Positions 28,431-38,045 of a stretch of DNA of 64,000 nt are shown piece by piece. The position numbers and the translations under genes were made by a program. The notes under the pieces were generated by a model. That model saw nothing but the letters and a program-made list of their open reading frames with translations, searched no databases and had not been told where the DNA came from. This stretch comes from a virus. Its lineage: Duplodnaviria > Caudoviricetes. Location: IMG/VR virus record IMGVR_UViG_2630968905_000003, positions 1 to 64,000 of that record. The stretch is one strand, 5' to 3'. The first letter of the stretch is position 1; the number at the start of each line of letters is the position of its first letter.

Positions 28431-30236
28431 TCATCGCATGTGCGCCTCATAGTCGTCAGAGCCGGACGTGTGAGCGGGTTTCGGGACCTCAATCAGGCGC
28501 AGGCCATGGTATTTCACCGCGCGCCCATCCTCGCGTCGGTACTTCTTTTTCATGATGAGCCCGAATCTCGTCAGCGAAATAGGCTTGCCGCCCTGATCGA
28601 CGGTGAAGTCAACATAGGCCTGATAGAAGTCTTTGGCGGTCACCTCGCCACGCTCATCAGCTTCTATACATCGGGCGCAGAAAGCGGACGTGGGGTCCAT
28701 TTCGTCGCGGTATTCCTGCGTTTTCGCCTCGACCGATGCCGGAATGACGAGCCCTTCACGCAGGAAGATCAGCACACCCTCTATGAGCCAGTTCAGTATT
28801 CCCGGATATTCCGGCTGGAATTCCGACACCACTTCTTCGAATTCGCGCTGTTCCTCCTTTTTCAGCGTCACAGGCCAATGCACCACGACCATGCGCCGCC
28901 AGATGCCGTTGTCTGTGCCGGTGATGCGTGGATAGCCGTTGCCGGACATGTGCCCGGTGAATATGGGCTTGAAATCGAAGTAGCCCTGAAACAGGTCTCG
29001 GACGGTGAAATCTTCGCCGCCAGTCAAATCCTTGACCAGATTTTCGCGCAAATCCTCACCTTCGGGCAATTCCTTAACGCGAAGGAAGCGTCGGCCATAG
29101 AGCCGCGCCATATCAGGCGAAGCGGCACCGCCGGAATTGCCTTCGCCTATGAAGGATTCGGACGGCAGCGTAACAGAAACATCGCCAAGCAGGCGGCAGA
29201 GCGTTTCCATGTAGACGGACTTGCCATTGGCGCCGAAGCCGTAATGGAAGAACAGTTTCTGTACGGTGAGGCCCACCAAACCCAAACCAGACGCCACCTG
29301 CACCATGCGGCGCACATCGTCGCTCGGCAGCATGCGTCTGAGAAAAGCATCCCATTTCGGGCATTTGGCGTTCTTTTGATAAGCGACGGGGATGATCTGG
29401 GTGATGAGGTCGCCACGGCGGTGTCCTTTGATCGCCTTGACGCTGGCGGTTTTGCGCTCGATGGTTTCGGGTATATCCTCGCGGTTGTCGTCGGGATCGT
29501 CAAAAGCCGGGTTTCGCACCTTCTCGACCTCACGCGAGAAAACCAGCGTATGGTCCAGAAGCGCCACCTTGAGCGGGTCGGCGTTGAAATCATCTGGCGA
29601 GCGCATCACATGCGGGGCCAGACAGGTCAGCATCGCTTCCAGCCGCGCCCGGTTCTTCGACGTGACTGCGTGATCCATGCGCCTTTTTTTGCGCTTGGCG
29701 AGGTTCGCTTTTGCATTCAGCGCCGCGTCAGCCAGCTTCTTTTCCGGTCGGGATCGCTCATCCTCCGGTTTGGCCAGGGCTTTCTTCCCAGCCTTGACCG
29801 CCTCTTCCTCGGCAGGGGTGTATTGCAGGAACTCGGTTTCCATGGCGATGCGCCCGCCCAACTGCTGCGCAATGGCAAGTGAGCGCGGGTCGCCCGTGTC
29901 GATATCCCAATGGGTGCCGTCCCAAATCGCATAGGTCGCCTTGCGGGCCTTACTTTGGGCGAGCACGAGCATATCCTCACCAAAATGGCGCTGCAGGCGT
30001 TCCGCGTTGTCCGTGTCGGAATGGTCGAGCGCAGCGCAGGCCCTCACCACTTCGCGGTCTACGGTCTGATCACCACGCGCGGTAGCAGCTGGTTCACCGT
30101 CATCCGGGGAGTGCGCATCAGGCAGACCATCGGTGGCGGGGTTGCGGGGATCAATTTCAGCAGCTTCCGCCTGCCGCGAAGCTTCAGCCATGATTGCGCG
30201 CACTGCGGCCGGTATGTCTTGGGTATTCTTTGTCAC
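28431..30236 (-). CDS. P4/D5-family SF3 helicase (primase C-terminal type)
   Basis: GFGANGKS Walker A, VKDLTGGE, DNGIWRR motifs. Confidence 0.92.
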   Translation of the reverse strand: MTKNTQDIPAAVRAIMAEASRQAEAAEIDPRNPATDGLPDAHSPDDGEPAATARGDQTVDREVVRACAALDHSDTDNAERLQRHFGEDMLVLAQSKARKATYAIWDGTHWDIDTGDPRSLAIAQQLGGRIAMETEFLQYTPAEEEAVKAGKKALAKPEDERSRPEKKLADAALNAKANLAKRKKRRMDHAVTSKNRARLEAMLTCLAPHVMRSPDDFNADPLKVALLDHTLVFSREVEKVRNPAFDDPDDNREDIPETIERKTASVKAIKGHRRGDLITQIIPVAYQKNAKCPKWDAFLRRMLPSDDVRRMVQVASGLGLVGLTVQKLFFHYGFGANGKSVYMETLCRLLGDVSVTLPSESFIGEGNSGGAASPDMARLYGRRFLRVKELPEGEDLRENLVKDLTGGEDFTVRDLFQGYFDFKPIFTGHMSGNGYPRITGTDNGIWRRMVVVHWPVTLKKEEQREFEEVVSEFQPEYPGILNWLIEGVLIFLREGLVIPASVEAKTQEYRDEMDPTSAFCARCIEADERGEVTAKDFYQAYVDFTVDQGGKPISLTRFGLIMKKKYRREDGRAVKYHGLRLIEVPKPAHTSGSDDYEAHMR

Positions 30237-31447
30237 GCGGCACCTGCCATCATTTCAGAAAAATCAGTGCCAGCCGGAGGCCACGCAATTGCTACCTTCC
30301 GATCTGGTCTCAAGATACGCGCACGCGCTCGCGCCATGGCAGCGGAAGTCATGACGCGCTCGGAATCGCCATCGCCCAGAAGCACGATCTCGCTTACATG
30401 GTCGCCAACCCAGAAAGCGTCATCCGGACCTTGGTCGGGGCGCGGAACCGGACCCTGCACCATGACGGTGCGCAGACGCCCCTTGGCATCTTCCTTCTTC
30501 AGGGTCGGGTGCGCGAAGCGCGATGCAGGGTCGGCGGGGCCGGAAAGATTGCCGAGATCGCCGGCGGCGAAATAGAACGTATCAGCGCGCAGGTTTTCTG
30601 CGCGTGCAACGGCCAGCGTGTTTTCTATGCCTTCGCCGCCCACCCAACGTTCCATGCTTGGATGACCGGCAAGTGGGATAAGCCCGCCCTTTTTGCTGCC
30701 GCGCATCTTTTTGGTTGGCAACACTTCACCGGTCGCAGTGTCAGTGATTTCCGGTTGGCATTTCGGGCGGCGGGTGAGGTCAATCCAAGTGATGTGGCAC
30801 CCGACGACGCTGAGGTCAGGGCCGATGATCGGTGCGATCATGGCAGGCCCTTCATGCAGGCTCGCGTCACCATGCCAATAGGTTACAGATGTATCGACAC
30901 GCAGCCAGTCATATTCGGGTACACATGCGCCCCTTGCCATCAGATAAAACCGGCCATGCATCGCCCCAGCACTGTAAAGAGTGACAGCGCGGCCATAGAT
31001 TCCCCGCGCCTTGTTGCGCTCGATCTCACGATAGTCAGCCTGGCTTTTTGCCCGTTCTTCCTGCAATTCGACGTTGCGCTGGCGCTGCTCCTCCAGTCGC
31101 TGCAAGCGTGCAGTCCTGTCGGCGTCCGATTCCCGCTCACCACCTTCCGGAATGGGCTGGTCAAGGAGGATCGAGCAGGCTTCCAGCAAACCTTCGCGGC
31201 TGCGAACATTGAGGCCACGCACATGCGCCGCCATGCCTATTGCATCATTCCCGCCTATACCGCCTTGACGGCAGTTCCATTTATTCTTCTGGGTGTTGAA
31301 GGCGAACGTATCCTTGCCGCCGCAGGCGGGACAGGGTTGCGGGTGTTCGCTTCCGCGCGGATTGCATTTCAGGTTGAGGCGCTGCGCAGCATCCGCGATC
31401 GTGACAGCGCGCGCATCCTCGACAAAGAGTTTCAGGGCCGCACTCAT
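30233..31447 (-). CDS. DNA primase (Zn-finger + TOPRIM)
   Basis: PCPACGGKD.F, WNCR, GEGIEN and LLGDGD motifs. Confidence 0.88.
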   Translation of the reverse strand: MSAALKLFVEDARAVTIADAAQRLNLKCNPRGSEHPQPCPACGGKDTFAFNTQKNKWNCRQGGIGGNDAIGMAAHVRGLNVRSREGLLEACSILLDQPIPEGGERESDADRTARLQRLEEQRQRNVELQEERAKSQADYREIERNKARGIYGRAVTLYSAGAMHGRFYLMARGACVPEYDWLRVDTSVTYWHGDASLHEGPAMIAPIIGPDLSVVGCHITWIDLTRRPKCQPEITDTATGEVLPTKKMRGSKKGGLIPLAGHPSMERWVGGEGIENTLAVARAENLRADTFYFAAGDLGNLSGPADPASRFAHPTLKKEDAKGRLRTVMVQGPVPRPDQGPDDAFWVGDHVSEIVLLGDGDSERVMTSAAMARARARILRPDRKVAIAWPPAGTDFSEMMAGAA

Positions 31448-31632
31448 TTGGAGCCACCTGCATCCTTTCTGCGAGCGAGCGCATTGCGACTTGTCACCAT
31501 GGTGTATCCATCGGGGAAACGGACCAGACAGGAGTTCATGACCTTGGCGCGTACATCGACTGCGCATGGCTGGCCCTTACGGCCCTGCCGATCCCAACGA
31601 TAACGATAGGGGAACTTTGAAGGATGGTTCAT
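31444..31632 (-). CDS. Small hypothetical protein
   Basis: ATGA-coupled at both ends; NSCLVRF.DG motif. Confidence 0.7.
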   Translation of the reverse strand: MNHPSKFPYRYRWDRQGRKGQPCAVDVRAKVMNSCLVRFPDGYTMVTSRNALARRKDAGGSK

Positions 31633-32615
31633 TCGCAGGCGCCCCACTGATTGCAAACGGTTGATAAGTCACGGGCGAATAGGGAGTATTGTCGCCCACC
31701 TCGGTCTGTTTTCGCCCATTCCACCATGCGTCGGATACCGAAGCCCGACGCCGCCAAATCATGGGGAACGGCTTCCCCCGCGCGCTCCATCGCATCCCAT
31801 TCAGCACACATCACAGGATCATTCACGATCGCGAAGAAGGTGGCGTATCCTTGCTTCGATGCATCGGTAACAAGCCGCTCCCATTCCTCCAGCCGGTCGA
31901 TCTGTTCGGGGAAATGGCTATCCACGAGCGCCAATTCTGCTTTGGCGCAGTTGATGCAAGGGAAGCACCCCACACGCTTTAGGCCCCAGCTATAGAGCGG
32001 GTTCGGGTCGACGCCGTGCCTTCGGCTAATTGCAAAGACTTCTTCCACATTTTTAATACGTAAAAGCGGCCGCCATACATAAAACTGGCCCGGTAGATCC
32101 GGGTGTGCGTCCAACTTCTGAAATTGAGGCAGATGCTTGCGTGCTTCACTTTCGGCAGCGCGAACACCCTGCCACGAGATCACAGTGTTTCCAGAAATGA
32201 GAAGCGGGCGCGTAACATGCTGGTCAATGGGTTCGACCTTGAGGCTTTGCGTGCAAAATTGTGCTTTGCGGCTCGGAAAGCGCCCCTTCCAAAGACAAAG
32301 ATCAAGAAATGGATTTCCAGTCGGATGTAGCACCGCGAGCGCGCGAGCAACCAGATCGGCAGGAACGCAGTGAGCCTGCCAGTGCTTTTGGATAAAGGCG
32401 CGCTTCCGGGCGATACGGTCCGTAAAATCGGCTTTTACCCATTCCACCTGCGGGCCGCCCGTTTTGATGTGCAACGTGTTGACGGCATCATAGGTTGCCG
32501 GGTGCTCGTTGCCCGTATCAGCCGCGACCGCCCTAAACGGGATGCCCCGCTCGATCGCTTTACAATATGTGGCCGTGGAGTCTTTCCCGCCAGAAACTGA
32601 AACGACATGCATCAT
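31629..32615 (-). CDS. PAPS reductase-family protein
   Basis: SVSGGKDS PP-loop, DTG.E, FCT..LK, GVRAAES..R and RVGCFPC motifs. Confidence 0.9.
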   Translation of the reverse strand: MMHVVSVSGGKDSTATYCKAIERGIPFRAVAADTGNEHPATYDAVNTLHIKTGGPQVEWVKADFTDRIARKRAFIQKHWQAHCVPADLVARALAVLHPTGNPFLDLCLWKGRFPSRKAQFCTQSLKVEPIDQHVTRPLLISGNTVISWQGVRAAESEARKHLPQFQKLDAHPDLPGQFYVWRPLLRIKNVEEVFAISRRHGVDPNPLYSWGLKRVGCFPCINCAKAELALVDSHFPEQIDRLEEWERLVTDASKQGYATFFAIVNDPVMCAEWDAMERAGEAVPHDLAASGFGIRRMVEWAKTDRGGRQYSLFARDLSTVCNQWGACE

Positions 32616-34750
32616 TCCGCTGCCTCCATACGAAGGGCTAAATGGCTGCAATTCGCGGCAACGAGCGCGGCGGCAACAGGTGGCGAAACGCTGTTGCCAC
32701 AACATGAGACCTGCACCGATTTTGAGAAAAGCTCGCCATTGACGCCGCGCTCAATCTCATAATCAGCCGGGAAACCTTGCGCGAGATAAAGCTCGCGCGG
32801 CACCAACATGCGCATGCCAATGTCGACGATGACATAGAGAATGCCGCCCGCTTCTATGGTGACGAACTCGCGCTCATCCCAGAAACCGTAGGCGCGGAGA
32901 AAAGCGGCCACTTCACGCGCCCGTTCGGCCTGTGCTGGCGTGAAAGGTGGCACGTCGAGCGCGGCCTCGACATGGCCGTGACGGTCTTTGGTGGTTACGG
33001 TCCTGACGGGCTGGTTTTCTTCACCGCCATCGCCGGTACCGTAATAGGCTTGCAGATATGGCGCCACCACGCTTTGCTGCGATCCGGTTTGCGTGACCGT
33101 CGAGACCGGCTCATCCATGGAGCGACCGGGGTTGACGCCGCCTTCGCGGCGGCTGTCATTATTATGCTGCGCCATGTAAGCCGTAATCAGGCGCGACTTG
33201 CCTTGGCCGTCCGGCATAACGGTGTGGGCCGGCACATCAACGCCGTGGCCTGTAGACGTCCCGAAATCGCGAGCGACGAAGGCGGTTGCTATACAGGTGT
33301 CCGCCTTGGCCGTGGTTGTGTGCATTGGTTCGTCGGCACCGCGTGGGCGGCTCTGACCGGCGCGGCCACCGCAACCAACCAACGTAGGCACAATAACGCT
33401 GTTCTGGTCTTTCGTGCTGGCCGTGATGGTATGCGCCGGGCTGTCTATTGGGCGGATCGAGCCGCCATGTTGGGCGGCGGTGAGCACCGGCGCGACAACA
33501 GTCAGCCCGGCCCCACCTGCCGTGATGGTGTGTGTAGGCTCATCTGCACCATTGAAAGGCTTGCCCGCATTTCGCATCGTCATCAAATGCGGGGCGACAA
33601 CACCCAGAGGAGCCGCACCGCCGGGCCGTTTGATAAAGCTGTTTGCTGTAACGGTAGAAAGCGGCTCGCGAGCGTCCTGCCCCGTGGCTCCGGTGTTGAA
33701 GCGAATAACTGACGGCGCAATTAGGGCATGCCGGTTTTCAGTTACGACGGTTGCGAGTGGTCCGTCGATTTCCGAAACTCGTTCCGAGCGCCCCTTATCG
33801 TGACTGTAGTACGATGCAAGGTGCGGAGAAACCACAGCCTTTTCGCCGCGATGCGCGCCAGTGATCGTTCTGAACGGCTCGTCAACCGCCTCGACCCGCC
33901 CGCCATGGGTCAGGTTTACCAGAAAGGGACGTTCGGCATCCAGCACATAGCGCTTCATGCCACGCGCGACACGAGCCATGGTATTATCAGCAAGCGGGCG
34001 AACCGACCGAAGCCCATGCTTATCCATAATCTGTTCGGACGTGTCGAAAATGGAAGGGCAGGGCAGCGACCAGTCGATAATTTCCGCTGCGGTGCGCCAT
34101 GGTAGCTTGTGCCCAGAAATAACGTCGGGATCGGTAGGCGCACCATGTGTCGGTTTCGGCCACACAATGGGCTGACCGTCGAAGCGGATAACGGCGAAGA
34201 AGCGCTTGCGGATGGTTGGCGCGCCATAATCGCAGGCGCGCAACTCCCGCCACTCGATCTTGCCTCCGAGCGAGCGGATCTTACGACACCATTTTTTGAA
34301 GTATTCGCCCTTTCGTTCCGGATCGGGCATCAAACCGCGTGCCGTTTCCATCAACGGGCCGTAATCCTGAAACTCCTCGACGTTTTCGAGAATGACAACA
34401 TCGACTTTGCCGCCGCTGCGCTGAATGCGCTCGATCCAGCCGGGGATGATCCATGCAAGGTCGCGGATATTGCGCTCGACCGGCTTGCCGCCCTTGGCTT
34501 TTGAGAAGTGCTTGCAGTCCGGGGAAAACCAGCTCAACCCGACATGCGCGCCACGCAGATAGTCGAGCGGGTCGATTTTGTAGACGTTTTCCGACAGATA
34601 CAGCGTTTGCGGATGGTTCGCCTCGTGCAGCGCCAGCGCGGCCGCATTGTGGTTGATGGCGATATCCGGTGAACGGCCCAAAGCCATTCCAATGCCGGTG
34701 GATGCACCTCCACCGCCGGCGAAGGAATCGACGATCAGGGGCAGGTTCAT
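32612..34750 (-). CDS. DNA cytosine-C5 methyltransferase with repeated variable region
   Basis: FAGGGG (I), SPDC (IV), ENV (VI), R.RF (VIII), GNSV (X) motifs. Confidence 0.93.
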   Translation of the reverse strand: MNLPLIVDSFAGGGGASTGIGMALGRSPDIAINHNAAALALHEANHPQTLYLSENVYKIDPLDYLRGAHVGLSWFSPDCKHFSKAKGGKPVERNIRDLAWIIPGWIERIQRSGGKVDVVILENVEEFQDYGPLMETARGLMPDPERKGEYFKKWCRKIRSLGGKIEWRELRACDYGAPTIRKRFFAVIRFDGQPIVWPKPTHGAPTDPDVISGHKLPWRTAAEIIDWSLPCPSIFDTSEQIMDKHGLRSVRPLADNTMARVARGMKRYVLDAERPFLVNLTHGGRVEAVDEPFRTITGAHRGEKAVVSPHLASYYSHDKGRSERVSEIDGPLATVVTENRHALIAPSVIRFNTGATGQDAREPLSTVTANSFIKRPGGAAPLGVVAPHLMTMRNAGKPFNGADEPTHTITAGGAGLTVVAPVLTAAQHGGSIRPIDSPAHTITASTKDQNSVIVPTLVGCGGRAGQSRPRGADEPMHTTTAKADTCIATAFVARDFGTSTGHGVDVPAHTVMPDGQGKSRLITAYMAQHNNDSRREGGVNPGRSMDEPVSTVTQTGSQQSVVAPYLQAYYGTGDGGEENQPVRTVTTKDRHGHVEAALDVPPFTPAQAERAREVAAFLRAYGFWDEREFVTIEAGGILYVIVDIGMRMLVPRELYLAQGFPADYEIERGVNGELFSKSVQVSCCGNSVSPPVAAALVAANCSHLALRMEAAE

Positions 34751-34992
34751 TGCGCACCCCCGGTTTCTTCCCGGCTACGCATGCCCCAGCACTGGTCTAT
34801 GCTCCAGGTGCGGCAGATGGTGTTGAAATAGGAGCGGACCTTATAGACCGACATGCCAGAAGCCTTGGCGATTTCGCTCTGGGTCATTCCCATTTCGCGA
34901 AGGAGCGCCAGCCCTTCGATAGTCATGACTGTCGGCAGGTCAGGCGTGAAACTTTGAGGCGTAATGCTGCCGGGCTGGCCGAATGTGATCAT
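34747..34992 (-). CDS. Small HTH protein
   Basis: GMTQSEIAKASGMS HTH. Confidence 0.7.
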   Translation of the reverse strand: MITFGQPGSITPQSFTPDLPTVMTIEGLALLREMGMTQSEIAKASGMSVYKVRSYFNTICRTWSIDQCWGMRSREETGGAQ

Positions 34993-35237
34993 GGATAAAC
35001 CTCTCGTCTGGTGGCGAGTTCGTTGCTGTCGAAAAATGAGGGGGAGCGCTCCAGCCATTCGCAGAGCGCGAGAAAGGATTCCGTCGATATGCTCTTGCCG
35101 TGGATCGCGCGGCGAACATCGTCCCTTGGAATATCGCAGAGCCGAGCAACGTCGATCTCCCGCAGATGCGAGCAGATGCGCTTGCGGTCGACATACATGC
35201 CGAAAATCGTGAAGTCGGTGGAAAAAGCGGCGGTCAT
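34989..35237 (-). CDS. XRE-like HTH protein
   Basis: VARLCDI...V.RA..GK.IS..SFLALCEWL pattern. Confidence 0.7.
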   Translation of the reverse strand: MTAAFSTDFTIFGMYVDRKRICSHLREIDVARLCDIPRDDVRRAIHGKSISTESFLALCEWLERSPSFFDSNELATRREVYP

Positions 35238-35260
35238 CTGCCCGCCCTGTCGATTATGAA

Positions 35261-35315
35261 ATTCGGACAAAAATATCCGAATGCTGTTGACATTCGGACA
35301 AAAATATCCGATATT
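35261..35315 (+). promoter_or_regulatory. hicAB promoter with two operators
   Basis: Exact 20-bp direct repeat ATTCGGACAAAAATATCCGA (35261-35280, 35292-35311), each palindromic, flanking TTGACA (35287-35292). Confidence 0.75.
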
Positions 35316-35339
35316 GCTTTTGTCAGTACGGAGAACCCG

Positions 35340-35537
35340 ATGGACAAGAGAGACCGCTTCATAGCCGAGCTAAGGGATGAAGCAAAAGCGCAAGGGCTGG
35401 CCTTCCGGGTCAGCAAGAGCAAAGGAAAAGGCGGGCACGCAACAGTATGGGTAGGAGATCGCTTCACCACACTGCCGAGCCGGGAAATCGATCCCAAGAC
35501 CGCCGCGAAGATCAAGAAAGGGTTGGGGCTCATTTGA
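35340..35537 (+). CDS. hicA: HicA-family mRNA interferase toxin
   Basis: 65 aa, GKGGH catalytic motif, TTLP..EI......I.K.LG. Confidence 0.88.
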   Translation: MDKRDRFIAELRDEAKAQGLAFRVSKSKGKGGHATVWVGDRFTTLPSREIDPKTAAKIKKGLGLI

Positions 35538-35575
35538 GCCCCTCCCGCCACACAAAGGAGCAAAGGACTGGACGA

Positions 35576-36004
35576 ATGAGAACATACGCTTACGCAGCCG
35601 TGTTCGAGCCTACCGAGCGGGAAGGCGGCTTCGTTGTTACATTTCCGGATGTGCCGGAAGCTATCACCGAGGGTGATGATATGGCGGATGCCCGCGAACA
35701 GGCTGCTGACGCGCTTGGTGTGGCGCTGCTCACCTATCTGGAGATGGGACGAAGCCTGCCCGAAGCGAAGGCAAAGGGAGAATTGATCTGGCCGGATGCG
35801 GAAGTCGCAACCAAGATTGCCGTGATCGAGACTTTCCGCGCTTCGGGCCTTTCCAGAACTGAACTCGCCCGCAGGCTTGGCAAGGACGAGAAGGAGGCGC
35901 GCCGCCTGCTTGATCCGGACACTGCGACCAAGCTTCCCCTCATGACGGCAGCACTTGCGGCCATGGGGCAGAAGCTGGTCATCGGATTGGAGGCGGCAGA
36001 ATAG
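35576..36004 (+). CDS. hicB: HicB-family antitoxin with C-terminal HTH
   Basis: GGFVVTFPDVPEAITEGD motif, ELARRLG HTH. Confidence 0.92.
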   Translation: MRTYAYAAVFEPTEREGGFVVTFPDVPEAITEGDDMADAREQAADALGVALLTYLEMGRSLPEAKAKGELIWPDAEVATKIAVIETFRASGLSRTELARRLGKDEKEARRLLDPDTATKLPLMTAALAAMGQKLVIGLEAAE

Positions 36005-36015
36005 ACCAATCGTCA

Positions 36016-37242
36016 TCATAACACCTCTGTACTGAACAAAGGGCCGTGATCGGTCGTTGCGGATGGCGCGTCAGCGATGACGCGCCATTCTCTTTCTATG
36101 CGCCGCCTGGCGATGTCGGCATATTCCGGGTTGAGTTCTATCAGCATGGCGCGGCGGCTATGGCGCGCTGCCACAAGCCCTGTGGTTCCGGCCCCGCCGA
36201 ATGGATCGAGGACAACGCCGTCTTTCGGGCATCCGGCAAGAATGCAGCGTTCCGCCAGTTCCGGCGGGAATGTGGCAAAGTGCGCTTCAGAAAATGGTTT
36301 GGTGGCAATCGGCCAGACGGAAAGCGGCGCAGGCTCGAAATTGCGAAGAAAGCGCCCGTTTGCGCCTTGTTCTTCCTTCGTCATTTGATCCCAACGACCC
36401 TTAAAAGCATCATGGCTTCTATCGTGACCGCGCTGCTTGTCTTTTCGCACGCGGTTGTGAGCGACGGGCGAGTGCGGAGTGTCGCTTCCTGTTGCCCAAC
36501 CTTGAACCGGGTGAGCCAGTCCCGTGGCACTAACCTGCCGTACGGCCTCGGCATCATAATAAGAGCCCATGCGTATCCAGCGCGCACCTTCGCGTGACGG
36601 GTCGGTGATGAAGGGGCAGCGCTCTGTCAGGTTCGGTGAAAAGGAAATCTCGCCCGTATCGCGCGCACGCCAAACGTCGCCTTCGTCAGACTTGGTCAGC
36701 ATGAAGATTTTTTCATGCGCGGCGGAAGGGCGATAGGCACCGGAGGAGTCCGGCATGGGATTGGATTTGCCCCAGATGATTTCCGAGCGAACCCACCAGC
36801 CCGCGTCTTGCAGAGCGATGGCCAGCCGGTTCGGGATCATCAATAGGTCTTTGGGCTTGATGCCGCCGCCAATGGTTGAAAATGGCTTGTCGCGAAACGT
36901 GCGATCGTCGGTGCCTTCCGCCTTGTAATCGGCAGCGGACTTGCCGTTCGGCGTGGTGGCGTAACAGTCGCCGTAATTGATCCAACACGTGCCGGTCGGC
37001 TTCAGGACACGGCGCACCTGCTCGAACACGGCCACCATCGTTTCCAGATGCGAAGCGAGCGTCGGTTCGAGGCCGATTTCCAGCGGCTTCAATGGGTTGC
37101 CGTCAGCGATATACGACCTCAAGCCCCAATATGGAGGCGAGGTCACCACGCAATCCACGCTGTCGGATGGCATTTGGGCGAGCGCGGCCATCACGTCGTT
37201 GACGATGATTTCCACGCGTCCGTCGAGCAGGCTGATAGTCAT
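36016..37242 (-). CDS. DNA N4-cytosine/N6-adenine methyltransferase (beta class)
   Basis: TSPPY catalytic motif, HFATFP, VLDPFGGAGTT. Confidence 0.93.
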   Translation of the reverse strand: MTISLLDGRVEIIVNDVMAALAQMPSDSVDCVVTSPPYWGLRSYIADGNPLKPLEIGLEPTLASHLETMVAVFEQVRRVLKPTGTCWINYGDCYATTPNGKSAADYKAEGTDDRTFRDKPFSTIGGGIKPKDLLMIPNRLAIALQDAGWWVRSEIIWGKSNPMPDSSGAYRPSAAHEKIFMLTKSDEGDVWRARDTGEISFSPNLTERCPFITDPSREGARWIRMGSYYDAEAVRQVSATGLAHPVQGWATGSDTPHSPVAHNRVRKDKQRGHDRSHDAFKGRWDQMTKEEQGANGRFLRNFEPAPLSVWPIATKPFSEAHFATFPPELAERCILAGCPKDGVVLDPFGGAGTTGLVAARHSRRAMLIELNPEYADIARRRIEREWRVIADAPSATTDHGPLFSTEVL

Positions 37243-37364
37243 CGCGTCACCGCCCAATAGAGAAACGCAGCATAAGCGCCCCCGATCATCACCCCGGCGC
37301 AAAGTGAGGCGAGCAAAAGAACGATGTGGCCAGGACGCTGTGCGGGAGAGGATCGGCGCGCCAT
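37239..37364 (-). CDS. 41-aa single-TM peptide
   Basis: Manual translation MARRSS...VLLLASLCAGVMIGGAYAAFLYWAVTR; TGA overlaps MTase ATG. Confidence 0.55.
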   Translation of the reverse strand: MARRSSPAQRPGHIVLLLASLCAGVMIGGAYAAFLYWAVTR

Positions 37365-37366
37365 GA

Positions 37367-37870
37367 TCAGTTATCCCCGATGACGCGTAAGGCAGGATCG
37401 CCGCGACGTGCATTGGCAATGTGACCGGAAAGCTCCCGGCGCAGGCCCGAAATGTTGCGTTCGGCCTCGCTCGCCACCTTGTCGAGTTGCATGGCTTCGG
37501 TGCCAGTGACCTTGCCGTCAGCGAAAACGCGGGCGCCGATGCTCATAACCTCGCCAACGCTGGCCACGACTTCGGAGTGGGCGGCGAGCAGATTGCCCGC
37601 CGCGCGAACATCCTCATCCGGCTCGGCCAGTCGGCGGTTGTTGAGCGATGCCATCACCGACGTGACGCAAAGCACGCCGCATTCGTTTTCAAGCTTGTAG
37701 ACCACATTGAGAGGCATCAGGTCGGTTTCGGTCGACAGGTTCCACCGTCCGACATGACTTTTGGAGAAGCCGGATAGCTCGACCACGCGCTCGATACCGC
37801 CGCAATATTTGATGAGGTCGCGCTGTGCCGACTTGATCCTTTGGAACCATGCGTCTGTCAGTTGCGTCAT
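37367..37870 (-). CDS. CII-like regulatory protein
   Basis: IK.AQR.LI..CGG HTH and DGKVT.TEA motifs; position after cro. Confidence 0.75.
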   Translation of the reverse strand: MTQLTDAWFQRIKSAQRDLIKYCGGIERVVELSGFSKSHVGRWNLSTETDLMPLNVVYKLENECGVLCVTSVMASLNNRRLAEPDEDVRAAGNLLAAHSEVVASVGEVMSIGARVFADGKVTGTEAMQLDKVASEAERNISGLRRELSGHIANARRGDPALRVIGDN

Positions 37871-37892
37871 GGGGAAATCCTCAAAAGGCAAA

Positions 37893-37939
37893 GTTTTCCC
37901 GTGGCGGGAAAAGCCGCTGTTTTTTCCCGTTAAGGGAAA
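37893..37939. promoter_or_regulatory. Paired palindromes upstream of CII-like gene
   Basis: TTTTCCCG-tgg-CGGGAAAA and TTTCCC-gttaa-GGGAAA. Confidence 0.45.
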
Positions 37940-38045
37940 GGGTTTTTGCTGTCAGTTTGCCGGGGTCAGATCACTACGGCGGGCCGCTAACCTTCACACG
38001 CTGAAGGGGACGCACCGGCCACCGGAAAAACGGAGTAACAACGCG

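Noticed and set aside
28440-31603. Long plus-strand ORFs (480 aa and 469 aa)
   Set aside because: Antisense shadows of helicase and primase, expected at high GC
31629-32615. Complete Dnd/Ssp phosphorothioation system
   Set aside because: No cysteine desulfurase, DndD/E or SspB/C homologues visible
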